NCBI GenBank assembly: GCA_963662585.1
Contig: OY759729.1
Coordinates: 64,001 to 128,000, forward strand
DNA from: Candidatus Cloacimonadales bacterium
GTDB lineage: Bacteria > Cloacimonadota > Cloacimonadia > Cloacimonadales > JAFGVF01
Length of the DNA: 64,000 bases
Direction: 5' to 3'
Shown here: one piece after another, positions 45,096 to 56,400 of the stretch
How positions within the stretch are numbered: position 1 is the stretch's first letter
Layout: the number at the start of each line of letters is the position of its first letter
Position numbers and translations under genes: made by a program
The notes under the pieces: model-generated
Told to the model about the DNA's origin: nothing
Seen by the model: the letters and a program-made list of their open reading frames with translations, nothing else
The model's database searches: none

Positions 45096-46069
45096 TATTT
45101 GTTTCCTAAATACCAGGTAATGACTTCATCAAAGTTCTCTAAAGTTTCAGTATCCTCTAAAGGTATATCTTGATAGCTTTTAGTAATATCATAGAACCAA
45201 CTTTGAGATATTAGTTCAAAACGGGAAACATAAATTTCACTTTTAAGCATCTGGGCTATTTTCTTTCCGACCGAAAAAAGATGAGCAGATACAGTCCTAT
45301 TTTTGGGATATGTATTATTATGGATATTTTGAGAAATAAACTGAACTAACTCACTTAGCAGAACTGGTGATTTATCTGCGATAATATAACTATTACCTGA
45401 ACCTACTTGATTATTAACAAAATAAGCAAAGGCGGTAGCTAAGGAGTGAACATTAGTTAAATGAATTTTGACTTTGTGATTTGTGAGAAGCATCATCTTC
45501 TTATCAACTAATTTACATAGTGTATAAGGGAAACCGTAATCACCTGCACCATAAGTTATAGCAGGCCTGATTATTACAGAGTCAAGTCCTAATTTATTTA
45601 ACTCTTCGATGATGGCTTCACTGCGTATTTTAGTAAAATGATAGTAATTATCATCTTGCCTTACAGTAGATTCATCTGCAGGTAAATGCTTAGGGATTGC
45701 CCCAAAGATTCCTACAGAAGAGCAATAGATTAACCTTATCTTTCGTTCTAAACAGTAATTACCAATAACAGCAGTAGCTTCCACATTAGCAAGATAGTAT
45801 TTATCTCTGGCATCGGGTCTTCCCCCTCTGAGCGCTCCAATATGAACAATTATATCAAAGGCATGATCATTGAGTGTTTTTTTTAAGTTATTGATATCAC
45901 ATAGATCGTTTTCAATAAAATCAACTTTATCAATAAATTCAGCGATTCTTTTTTTATCTGTATTAGGTCTAATCAAACCAACTACTTGATTCTCTGGATT
46001 CTTTAAAATTTCTTTAGCTGTTGCTTGGCCAACAAAACCACTTATACCAGTAACTAATATTTTAGGCAT
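45095..46069 (-). CDS. NAD-dependent epimerase/dehydratase (extended SDR)
   Basis: TGISGFVG, CSS, YHFTK (YxxxK) and RPAITYG motifs. ATG at 46069 follows GAGGAG. Confidence 0.88.
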   Translation of the reverse strand: MPKILVTGISGFVGQATAKEILKNPENQVVGLIRPNTDKKRIAEFIDKVDFIENDLCDINNLKKTLNDHAFDIIVHIGALRGGRPDARDKYYLANVEATAVIGNYCLERKIRLIYCSSVGIFGAIPKHLPADESTVRQDDNYYHFTKIRSEAIIEELNKLGLDSVIIRPAITYGAGDYGFPYTLCKLVDKKMMLLTNHKVKIHLTNVHSLATAFAYFVNNQVGSGNSYIIADKSPVLLSELVQFISQNIHNNTYPKNRTVSAHLFSVGKKIAQMLKSEIYVSRFELISQSWFYDITKSYQDIPLEDTETLENFDEVITWYLGNK

Positions 46070-46198
46070 ATACACTCCTCAAAATCTCTAATATAATAAA
46101 TAAATAATGATAATTTTTTAGTCAAGAAAAAATAGCTTGCTTAGATAATTAATTATTTTATAATGGTACAATAAATAATGATTATTATAGGAGAATTT

Positions 46199-48154
46199 AT
46201 GTCTACTTTTCAAATAAGTCAAACTGAATTACCATTCCTCAGACTGCTTTCCGAGAAATTCCCAACAACAGCAACTGCCAGTGCAGAAATAATAAATCTT
46301 CAAGCCATCCTTAATCTTCCCAAAGGAACTGAACATTTCTTATCAGACATTCATGGTGAGTATGATTCCTTTCAACATGTAATTAGAAATGCTTCAGGAG
46401 TGATTAAAGCCAAAATTAAGAATCTCTTTGAAATAGCTCTAACTACCAAAGAAAAAGGTGAGTTGACTTTCTTAATTTATTACCCTGAAGAGATATTGAA
46501 AAGGAAGAGAAATGAGGATATTAACATCAATGACTGGTATTCTGTTACCCTCTTTAGATTAATTCAATTATGTCGAGAATCAGCCTCAAAATATACTCGT
46601 TCTAAAGTAAGAAAAGCTCTCCCTAAGGAATTCGCCTATATTATTGATGAATTACTCAACGAACAAGGTGAGAATAAGCATGAATATTATAATCAGATCA
46701 TTAAAACAATTATAGAGTTAAGAAGAGCTGAATCTTTCATTATAGAAATTTGCAAATTAATTCAGAGGTTTTCAATAGATCATTTACATATTTTAGGAGA
46801 TATTTTTGATCGTGGTTCTTCCCCGCATCTAATAATGGATTTGCTTTCTAATCATCATAGCTTTGATATTCAGTGGGGTAATCATGACATACTTTGGATG
46901 GGGGCTGCAGCTGGTTCACTTGCTTGTATAACAAACTTACTAAGAATTTCTTTCCGTTATGGTAATATTGATACTATTGAAGATGGTTATGGGATTAATC
47001 TTCGCCCACTATGGAAATTTGCCTTAGATACTTATAAGGATGACCCATGTGAAGAATTTATGCCTAAAGAAAACAATGTTTCGGAGAATGCCTGTAACTT
47101 AGCCAAAATATCAAAAGCAGTTGCTATCTTACAATTCAAACTTGAAGCTGAGTTAATCAAGCGAAGATCTGCCTTTGAAATGGATGATAGACTTCTCTTA
47201 GAAAAGATCAATTATAAAACTGGGACCATCGAATTAGATGGAAAAGAGTATACATTATCAAGTTGCAACTTCCCCACAATAGATCCAAAAAATCCTAATG
47301 CTTTATCTAAGGATGAAAAAGCTATTGTTAAACAACTCAAGGAGACTTTTACCTCTAACGAAAAGTTGAAAAGACATGTTCAGCTCCTCTATTCGAAAGG
47401 TTCACTCTACAAAGTACATAATAATAATCTACTTTTCCATGGTTGCATTCTTTTAAACAAAGATGCTTCTCTTAAAAAACTCTCTATCCAAGGAAAAGAG
47501 TACACAGGTAAGAAGTTGATGGATAAGTTTGATAGGATTGTCCGTCAAGGCTATATGAGCAAAGATATTGTAGCCAAGAAATATGGAGAAGATATTATGT
47601 GGTATTTATGGTCTGGAATAGATTCTCCTCTTTTCGGAAAGAAGAAAATGGCTACTTTTGAAAGGCTATTCATTAAGGATAAAGAGACACATATAGAAGA
47701 GAAAAATCCTTATTATGAATATCGTAATGATGAAAAAACATGTAGAACAATTCTAGAAGAATTTGGTTTAAACCCCGACCAGTCGCATATTTTTAATGGT
47801 CATGTACCAGTTAAGACCTCAAAAGGTGAATCTCCTGTCAAGGCTAATGGACGCCTAATAGTTATTGATGGAGGTTTCTCAAGAGCTTATCAAAAAGTAA
47901 CTGGTATTGCTGGCTACACTTTAATAGCCAACTCTCATGGATTAACTCTTACTGCTCATCAACCTTTTGTTTCCAAGAATGAAGCTATAGAAGAGCAGAT
48001 TGATATTGTATCCCAAAGATCAATTTTAGAGACCTCTCATGAAAGGATTAGAGTAAAAGATACTGATACAGGTAAAATACTTAAACAACAAATAACAGAT
48101 CTTAAAAAATTACTTTATGCCTACTCACATGGTGATATCAAAGAAACAATCTAA
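46199..48154 (+). CDS. fbp: fructose-1,6-bisphosphatase class III
   Basis: AILNLPKGTEHFLSDIHGE, GDIFDRG, WGNHD, NGHVPV and IDGGFS motifs. Start at 46199 follows GGAG. Confidence 0.95.
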   Translation: MSTFQISQTELPFLRLLSEKFPTTATASAEIINLQAILNLPKGTEHFLSDIHGEYDSFQHVIRNASGVIKAKIKNLFEIALTTKEKGELTFLIYYPEEILKRKRNEDININDWYSVTLFRLIQLCRESASKYTRSKVRKALPKEFAYIIDELLNEQGENKHEYYNQIIKTIIELRRAESFIIEICKLIQRFSIDHLHILGDIFDRGSSPHLIMDLLSNHHSFDIQWGNHDILWMGAAAGSLACITNLLRISFRYGNIDTIEDGYGINLRPLWKFALDTYKDDPCEEFMPKENNVSENACNLAKISKAVAILQFKLEAELIKRRSAFEMDDRLLLEKINYKTGTIELDGKEYTLSSCNFPTIDPKNPNALSKDEKAIVKQLKETFTSNEKLKRHVQLLYSKGSLYKVHNNNLLFHGCILLNKDASLKKLSIQGKEYTGKKLMDKFDRIVRQGYMSKDIVAKKYGEDIMWYLWSGIDSPLFGKKKMATFERLFIKDKETHIEEKNPYYEYRNDEKTCRTILEEFGLNPDQSHIFNGHVPVKTSKGESPVKANGRLIVIDGGFSRAYQKVTGIAGYTLIANSHGLTLTAHQPFVSKNEAIEEQIDIVSQRSILETSHERIRVKDTDTGKILKQQITDLKKLLYAYSHGDIKETI

Positions 48155-48241
48155 TTCAGTAACCAAATATTATTAGCGATTTCATTTAATAAATCGACTA
48201 AAAGCTAAAATCTTGCATTATGCTTAATTAAAGGAGATAAC

Positions 48242-49084
48242 ATGTCTGGAATAATATTTTTTAAAACTCAGTCATTAGATATTATCCATCATTTCTATCA
48301 TCATACTATGGAAATGGAACTTTGGCTTGAACAAGCTAATTGCAATATCTATAAAAAAGGTAATCTTTTGTTAGGATTTATGGAAGCAGAACTTGCAGAA
48401 ACTGCTGGTATTATTACTATTTTCAATCAAGATAGGTCAGTTATTGAAAGAGCCTACAAAAAATATGAAAGTTTAGTAACTCAAGATTTGAGAATTAATA
48501 AGAAATTTAATATTTATCACTTTTACATCTGTGATCCCGAAGGTAGAAAAATAGAGTTTCAGACTTTTCTTCATCCTCTTTTAGCTTATACCTCACTTGA
48601 TGAGACTTTAATCAAACGAAGATCTATTAGAAACTTTCAGGATAAACCTATTAAACCTAAAGTGTTAAATAGCATTTTTAACCTCTGTCGATATAGTCCT
48701 ACATCCAGAAATAGTCAGTCTTATTACTATCTTGTAATTTCAGATAAAGAAGAGTTAAAGTGGTTAGCTAATACTCGGGGGCAAGCAGGAAATCCAATTC
48801 TAAATGCTCCAATGGCAGTCTTAGTTATTAGCGATAATACCAAAACTATTAGGTTAGAACAAGATGCTGATATCGCTGCAACTTATTTTATGCTTGCAGC
48901 TCATACTTTTAATGTTGGCACTTGCTGGATTACTGATATGAATAAAGAGGAAATAAAAAAACACTTTAATATACCAGAGGGACACCACATATCTTGTGCC
49001 ATAGCAACAGGTTATCCAAATGAAGTTAAAGAAGTTCCTAACCGTAGAGAGATAACTGAATTCGTGAAATATGATAAGTTCTAA
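48242..49084 (+). CDS. VOC/glyoxalase-like domain fused to a nitroreductase domain
   Basis: The N-terminal half ends FYICDPEGRKIEFQ; the C-terminal half has RRSIRNF, SPTSRNSQ, GTCWI and TGYP. Confidence 0.85.
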   Translation: MSGIIFFKTQSLDIIHHFYHHTMEMELWLEQANCNIYKKGNLLLGFMEAELAETAGIITIFNQDRSVIERAYKKYESLVTQDLRINKKFNIYHFYICDPEGRKIEFQTFLHPLLAYTSLDETLIKRRSIRNFQDKPIKPKVLNSIFNLCRYSPTSRNSQSYYYLVISDKEELKWLANTRGQAGNPILNAPMAVLVISDNTKTIRLEQDADIAATYFMLAAHTFNVGTCWITDMNKEEIKKHFNIPEGHHISCAIATGYPNEVKEVPNRREITEFVKYDKF

Positions 49085-49286
49085 AAGAAATTAGGATATA
49101 TTGCTTTTCTTCATATTTTATGATTTAAATAGCATATTACTTTCTTTTTCTGATAAATTAATTGTCAAAAAGTAGCTCGAGACTATATGATATTATAATT
49201 CTTGCAGTGCCTTAGGAATCTCCTAAAAAGTTGAATCTAGGCCTCTTACAGCTGTGATTTAAGAAGAATTGTATCAACTCCTGTTT

Positions 49287-49310
49287 TCCCCCTCACAGAG
49301 GGGGATTTTT
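49287..49310 (+). terminator. intrinsic terminator
   Basis: TCCCCCTC-ACA-GAGGGGGA-TTTTT between convergent genes. Confidence 0.75.
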
Positions 49311-49350
49311 CAGGTATTGTATATTCATAATTTGAACTTTCTAATTAGCT

Positions 49351-52300
49351 TTAATCATTACTTATTCTGTCTATCTGCTGTTGGGTAAATTCTGCATAAT
49401 TTATGTCATTAGCTTCTTTAAAAAGTTTAAGAGCTTCTTTCAATTTTTCCAGAGCTTTGGCATTATCAGCTAATATTTCATAAGTTATTCCCCAATTAAA
49501 GAGAGCTTTTCCTTCACCAATTTTATCTCCAATTTCATGAAGAGCATCGAATTGAATTTGATAAAATTCTAGAGCTTTGGGATAGTTTTTCTCTTCTCTA
49601 AGGATATTAGCTAAGTTACCTATAGTATGGGCTATACCTTCTCTATCGTGTAAACTTTCTTGTAGTTTTAAATTATCTTCATATATTTTTTTTGCTTCAT
49701 TAAATTTTTGTTGCTGGAAAAGAGCATCCCCTAATCCATCATTAGCATAAGCTATTCCAACTTTATCATTTATAAACAGAGCAATATCCCTAGCTTTGAT
49801 TAAATATTCAATAGCTTTACTATATTCTTGCAGAACACTATAAATATAACCTAAATTATAGAGCACTGTTTGTTCTTGCTGTTTATCGCCAATATATTTT
49901 GCTACTTGAAGACAATTATTAAGAGTAGTTAAAGCTTGATCATCAAAACCTTGGGCAAAGTAAATCATAGCAATTTCAGTATTAACTTTAGCAAATCCAT
50001 GCTTATCGCCTATCTCCTCGGCTATAGTAATTGCACTTTGGAAATATTCTAAAGCCTGCTCTTGATTACCTTTTCTTGAATGAATTATCCCTAGAGAAGT
50101 TGCTGAAATTCTTAAGTATAGTCTTTTATCATGTTCTAAGGCTATTTGATTTAGTTTGAGATAGTTCTCTTCAGAAAGAGAATATTCTGCTCTATCAAGA
50201 TAATATTGTCCAAGAATTGAATAGTAGATAATCCCAAAAGTTGCAGGTTGAGAATTTATCTCTGCAGCTAATTCATCTTTTAATTCAGTGAATAGTTCAA
50301 TAGAATTATTCATCCGAGAATAATCAAAAGATACTAATTTAATTCTAAATAAAATCTCGTCAGATTGGATTTTATTTTTAACTTCTTGATATGTTTGATT
50401 AAACAAGTCAAAATCTTTTTGAAGTTCATAAAGCCGTATTTTATAGAAGTAATAAAGGTCTAGTTGGTATGAAGTTAAAAGTTCTGGCTCAATTTGTTGA
50501 AGATATTGAGCAACTTCAGGGGCTTTATTCTGAGCAACATGTACAGAAACAAGAGACATTAATATTTCATTGCACTGTTTTACATCTCCACAAAAGTCGT
50601 AAGCTTGAGTATAATAGTAAGCACTAACTCCATAGGCAGAAAGTTCATAGTTCTTCTCAGCTGCCAAAATGCACCATTTCACAGCATTAGTTTTAGATTT
50701 AGCCATGATAAAGTGATTAGCAATAATTTCATAATAGAGGGATAAATTCTCTTGGAAATTCTTTAGATAATATTTAGCAATAATTAAGTGTAATTTTTGC
50801 TTCTCCTTCAAGAGAATAGTCCTATAAATTGCATCTCTCATCAAGGAGTTGTTAAAATAATATTCTACTTCAGGCAAGATTAATTTTTGGAAGATATGTC
50901 TATTATTTGTTAGTTTGGCTAGAACAGTTTCTATATGTTCTTGAATAAACTTGTCTGAAAAAACATCGAAGAGTTGAGCTGAAAAACTAACCCCCATAAT
51001 AGAGGCATATTTTAGTAATTGCTTAGTGTCTTCATCTAAAGTTTCAAAGTCATTTAATAGTACATTTTCAAAGGATATTGGTAATTTTCCATTTCGAATT
51101 AAATATTGAAAATCTCCTGAATCAAAAACACCTTGAGAATCACTCCAATTCTGTCTTATAATTAGACTTATTTCTTTGATATAAGCTGGGTTATTGTGAG
51201 CTAAAGCAAGAATTTCCGTGATAGCTTTATCAGAAATTGTTAGATTTTCAGATTTAAAGAACTCTTTTGCTAATGAAACTTCAAAATTCTTCATTTCAAT
51301 CTTTCTTGGAGAATAATAGACTAGTTCATTGAACATATAGTCATTGTTAGCAGTCAATATTACTTTTTTGTTTTCTGTTTGGAGTCTAGGTACAAGTTTT
51401 TTAAGTAATTCAAAAGATTGGGCATCAATCCACTGAATATTTTCGATAACAAAGACTTGATTCTCTTGATAATTCTCAAGTATAATCTCTGTTAGAATAT
51501 CATAAACAATAGAACTTTGCTTTTCTTTCACATCTTTTGAAGCATCATTGAAGTAATCATAGATAATTTCTAAATCTACTTTAACATTATTTTTCAGAAC
51601 AAAGTTTTTTATTAGGGAAAAATCTTTAACTATATTATCAATTATCAGGTATTTATTAATCATTTTATAGAAGAGATTAAATGGTTTTAGTTTCTCGAAT
51701 TCACTTAAAACAAGCAAACAAATAGATGCTCTTTCTTCTATTTTAGCTTTAAGAAATTCATGAATTAGATGAGATTTTCCACTTCCAGAAATACCAGAGA
51801 TACAGATTAATAGATTATTTTCCATCTCTTTTAATTCTTCTTTATAACCAAACAAGGGATTATTTCCAAAATTACCTTGATAAGCACTCCAGAAGTCTGA
51901 AAGTTCATTGAGAACATGATATATCTCAATTTCATCAGAAATACCTTTAACTTTCACTTTATCGATACATTCTATTTCATATCTTCCCTTGATGTGTGGA
52001 AGAATCTCAGATGAAAAAGTAAAGTCATTATCAAGAGATTCGTTCATAAGCCTAGCTGAGATATTAACACCATTACCAATTATGCCGTATTCATACCGTT
52101 TAGATGCTCCTAAGATACCGCTGTAGATGTTATTATAAGTTAACCCTATTTTAGTTTTGAGACCTGTTTGAGAAAGCTGTGATATTTTAGAAGAACATAT
52201 AAATGCTCTTTCAATATCATCATTATGCAGATAAGGTACTCCAAAAGTTATCAGAATCAAGTAACCTTTATCGGTATAATCAATCTTATTTATTGTTCCT

Positions 52301-53079
52301 TGATAGAAATAGACAATTCCTTGAAGTTGTTTGTAAAATTCATTATAAGAGATTAAATTAATTTCTGATTTTTCGTCTTCACTATTTGCAACTTTAACAA
52401 AAATAACAGCTGAATTTTTTAATTCTCCTTGGAATTTATGATTCTCTAACCATTGATTCACTAATTTAGGGAAAAATACCCTTAACTTATTGACTTCAAC
52501 TTCAACTTTAACTTCTTTTTTGAGATAATCTAAGCTTTTTATGCTAAGATTTAAATTACCTTCTTCAGAGGAAAATATTTTACTTAGAGGTTGGCCAGTA
52601 ATAAAATAATCTAAATGATATCTGGAATCACCAACAATATTAATCTTTACCTCTCCCCAATTCATATTATAGTGAAAGTCAATTTCTAGGGAATAATTTT
52701 GTTTTAAAAGAATATTTAAATCAGATAGATTTTTTTTCATATCAATTAGGCAAGCATTCATTCGGAACTCTGCTAATTCTTGATTGCCAGGAAATATTGC
52801 GAGGATAGAATCACCACCATATTTAATTAAATCACCATCATAATTATCTATAGATTCATACATCTTCTCAAAATAGCTGTTTAAAAGTTCAGTGATAATC
52901 TCTACAGAATAGTGTCCACCTTTACTGACAAACTCCGTCATTTTAGTAAAGCCTTTAACATCTGTAAATAAAACTCCTGCTTCAATACTTCTTGAGTAGG
53001 GTAGTTGACTAGGTGTAAGATCTATTTCAGAAACAATTCTTCTAATTATCCCAGGTAGTAAATCATTATAATCTATCAT
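49351..53079 (-). CDS. class III adenylate cyclase (twin cyclase domains) plus STAND-type NTPase and TPR repeats, sAC-like
   Basis: FTDVKGFT and IKYGGD (C1); NKIDYTDKG and GNGVNISARLM (C2); Walker A GISGSGKS; ENIQWID; C-terminal TPRs. Confidence 0.9.
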   Translation of the reverse strand: MIDYNDLLPGIIRRIVSEIDLTPSQLPYSRSIEAGVLFTDVKGFTKMTEFVSKGGHYSVEIITELLNSYFEKMYESIDNYDGDLIKYGGDSILAIFPGNQELAEFRMNACLIDMKKNLSDLNILLKQNYSLEIDFHYNMNWGEVKINIVGDSRYHLDYFITGQPLSKIFSSEEGNLNLSIKSLDYLKKEVKVEVEVNKLRVFFPKLVNQWLENHKFQGELKNSAVIFVKVANSEDEKSEINLISYNEFYKQLQGIVYFYQGTINKIDYTDKGYLILITFGVPYLHNDDIERAFICSSKISQLSQTGLKTKIGLTYNNIYSGILGASKRYEYGIIGNGVNISARLMNESLDNDFTFSSEILPHIKGRYEIECIDKVKVKGISDEIEIYHVLNELSDFWSAYQGNFGNNPLFGYKEELKEMENNLLICISGISGSGKSHLIHEFLKAKIEERASICLLVLSEFEKLKPFNLFYKMINKYLIIDNIVKDFSLIKNFVLKNNVKVDLEIIYDYFNDASKDVKEKQSSIVYDILTEIILENYQENQVFVIENIQWIDAQSFELLKKLVPRLQTENKKVILTANNDYMFNELVYYSPRKIEMKNFEVSLAKEFFKSENLTISDKAITEILALAHNNPAYIKEISLIIRQNWSDSQGVFDSGDFQYLIRNGKLPISFENVLLNDFETLDEDTKQLLKYASIMGVSFSAQLFDVFSDKFIQEHIETVLAKLTNNRHIFQKLILPEVEYYFNNSLMRDAIYRTILLKEKQKLHLIIAKYYLKNFQENLSLYYEIIANHFIMAKSKTNAVKWCILAAEKNYELSAYGVSAYYYTQAYDFCGDVKQCNEILMSLVSVHVAQNKAPEVAQYLQQIEPELLTSYQLDLYYFYKIRLYELQKDFDLFNQTYQEVKNKIQSDEILFRIKLVSFDYSRMNNSIELFTELKDELAAEINSQPATFGIIYYSILGQYYLDRAEYSLSEENYLKLNQIALEHDKRLYLRISATSLGIIHSRKGNQEQALEYFQSAITIAEEIGDKHGFAKVNTEIAMIYFAQGFDDQALTTLNNCLQVAKYIGDKQQEQTVLYNLGYIYSVLQEYSKAIEYLIKARDIALFINDKVGIAYANDGLGDALFQQQKFNEAKKIYEDNLKLQESLHDREGIAHTIGNLANILREEKNYPKALEFYQIQFDALHEIGDKIGEGKALFNWGITYEILADNAKALEKLKEALKLFKEANDINYAEFTQQQIDRISND

Positions 53080-53354
53080 TAGCTCTCCATTATTAAATCA
53101 TTCTATTAAATTTCTTAAAATAGAATCTCTTAAAAATACATTTATCAGATCATAGTAAAAAAATCATTATTTCCGTTATAAAATTCTAGGCAAGTTTTTT
53201 TTACAAAAAAACCAAGAAAAAGTGATTAAAAATTCTCTTTGTTATATCAGTTACTTAGTACTTTATCCTTGTCCAATTCTTCTTCACACACTTCTTGAAT
53301 AGAAATCGAATAAGTATTGAATTGAGTGAGAAGGAACAAGATAGGACCATAGTA

Positions 53355-53395
53355 AGACAAAAGAATAAGAGTGTGATTAAAGAAACCACACTCTT
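53355..53395 (-). terminator. intrinsic terminator after the giant surface protein
   Basis: AAGAGTGTG/CACACTCTT stem followed by a T-rich tract on the minus strand. Confidence 0.65.
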
Positions 53396-53416
53396 CAATC
53401 TGTTACGGGATTTTAC

Positions 53417-56400
53417 TTATTTTTTACTTCTAGTTTTTACATTGAAGCTATCAGCAGGTGCCACCACTTCCCCATCTCTTCTCAAATAACGATGAGTACT
53501 GATAAAATCTTCTAGAGAAGACCTATCTTCACCAACGAAAGCCAAGACAAAATAGAACTGTCTATCAGCTGCTTGAGCAATATTTGCATCTGTCCAATTT
53601 AAGATACTGACATTTGCACGATATCGGAATATTCCTTGAGGGTCGTCACATGAATAAATCAAGTAAGATACATTCTCTACCGGACTTCCAGAGACTGTCT
53701 GGTTTACCTCTTCCCAAGTAAGATTTAAACTACTTCCTGCCATTGTTACTAGAGGATTTTGAGGAATAGATATTGCTTCTTCTTGAATTACTACAAATAC
53801 TTCACTACTCATAACATCGGTATAACTTCCAGTTGTCATGGTAAGAGTAGTAGTGTATAATCCAACTTCGCCATAAGTATGAGCAGGATCTCTGTCTGTA
53901 CTAGAGTGACCATCACCAAATTCCCAAAGAATACTTGTCGAAACATCATCATGACCTTCTGATTTATTATCGAATTGAATAGGTGTTCCTAAAGTAACGA
54001 ATCTACTGGTTGAATTAAAATTGACTAAGTGATGAATATAGTTCATACCCATATCAGCAACAGAACCATCAGGATCAGAAGGTAAGTTTGGATTACCAGC
54101 ATCAATACAAGTAGAATAGATATTGAGTTCTAAATTATGATTATCATCGGAATCATCAAAGTTAGGGTCAACATTCATATTTCCATCACCAGGAGCGTAA
54201 CCTGAAGCCATAGATATATCATTATACTCGAAAGTAGCGTTTACTTGATCGCCACTAGCAAGATCAGCACTTGATAGTAGGCTTCCCCAAATTATATTCT
54301 GACTAAGGTATGGAGACGAATTTTCACCATTGATAATTCTATCATAGCCTAAAATATTATTATTTAGGATTTGTATGATGTCATTATTATTAATGGTGAA
54401 GCAAGTTACCAAATCTTCTAACTGGCTTTCAAAGTGGTTATGATGAATTTGAGTTGCACATTCTTCACCAGAAAGTATAATAGCTGTAATATTGTCGATT
54501 AAGGCATTTCTTTCAATATTAGCTGAATTATTCCCACTAGCCATTAATCCAACATTAAAACCTTCAACAAGTGAATTTCTTATCCAAGCATTAGCTTGCT
54601 CAGTTAAAGTGATACCAACTCCAACATTTCTGCTAGTGTTTGTTGTATGCCTTACTCTAATATTAGTAAGTACAGGTAGAGTTACATCACTTGAATAGAG
54701 ATTAATACCATCAGTAACATTTTCAGATTCGAAATCTGTTAGCTTGAAGTTGATAAGTCCAACACTTTTAAATGCTACAGCATCAGTTCTTGAAGTATTA
54801 GTAGTATGTCTAACTCTTATATTTGTCAGAACTGGACAAGTAGGCTCAGTCCTTGTTAGATTCTCAAAATAAATACCAGTCAAGCAATCTTCAACTTCTA
54901 CAGAATCCATTACAGCTTGTATAGAACCAAGCAGTTCAATACCTCTTCCACCTAATTCACGAGAAGTATTAGTAGTATGTCTGACTCTAATATTAGTTAA
55001 GACAGGTGCAGTAGAACCTGAAGAATAGATAGAAATACCATCTTTAACATTATCAGATTCGAAATCACTTAATACTAACTTAACTAATCCACTAGTTTTA
55101 AGAGCTATAGCATCAGTTCGTGAAGTATTGGTAGTATGTCTAACTCTAATATTAGTTAGGACTGGTATTGTCTCTTCACTTCTATCACTATTATCAAAAT
55201 TGATACCTGTTACGAAATCTTCAATGATAACATCTGAAATCTGTGGTGAAATATCGCCAATGAAATCCAGTGCTTTTCCGCCAAGATCTCTTGAGGTATT
55301 AGTTGTATGTCTTACTCTGATATTAGTTAAGACTGGGGCAGTTGAACCTGAAGAGTAAATAGAAATACCATCTTTAACATTTTCTGATTCAAAGCCTGTA
55401 ATTTGTAAATCAACTTTACCAATACTCTTTAAAGCCACAGCATCAGTTCTTGAAGTATTAGTTGTATGCCTTACTCTAATATTGGAAAGAGTTGGAATAG
55501 TAGTCTCGGTTCTTTCACTATTTTCAAAATAGATTCCTGTAAGGAAATCATCTACTTCTAAAGAGTCTATCTCGGCATTTATCACTCCAATAAACTCAAT
55601 AGCTGTATCACCTAAATTTCTAGAGGTGTTAGTTGTATGTCTTACTCTAATATTAGTCAAGACTGGGGTAGTTGTTGAACTTAGAGCATCAAAGATAATG
55701 GCCTTTGAGAAGTCATCAATAACAGAGTCACTAATTCTTGGTGAGCTATTACCTTGAACTTTCACAGCATAAGTATCATCGACTCTTGAAGTATTAGTAG
55801 TGTGCCTTACTCTAATATTTGTCAAGACAGGGCTTGAAGAAGTTGAAGTTGATTTGATTTCTATACCTTTAGCAAAATCTTCAATATCAAGATCATCAAT
55901 AGTTAAATTTGAATCTTGGATTTTAACAGCTATAGCATTTTCATCTTCTGTTCTAGAAGTATTTGTTGTATGTCTTACTCTAATATTGGATAAAACAGGA
56001 ACATTGTCAGAAGAGTCTCCGAGAATCTCTATTGCTGAAGTATATTTATCGATGTCAAGATTATTTATAAGAGCTTGAGAGCTACCGATTATTTTAATAG
56101 CTGAATGGTCACTATCAACACCTTCTATATTAATTCCTGATAAGATTGGAGAAGCATTATTTATCTCAATAGCTTTAGCACTGTTTTTAAAAGTACAGTT
56201 AGTAAGACTGGAGTTATTTTCAGAGGCATTGAATTTAATTCCTTGCCATTGACTAATTTCTCTTGAGCCATTATCTGCTAAACCAAATATAACACCATCA
56301 GCGACTAAGCCACCTTCAATAACGAATTCTGTATCTTCTAAGAAGTTAATAACAGTTCCCTCTTCAATTGTTAAGGTCGTACCTGATTCAATTGAGACTT

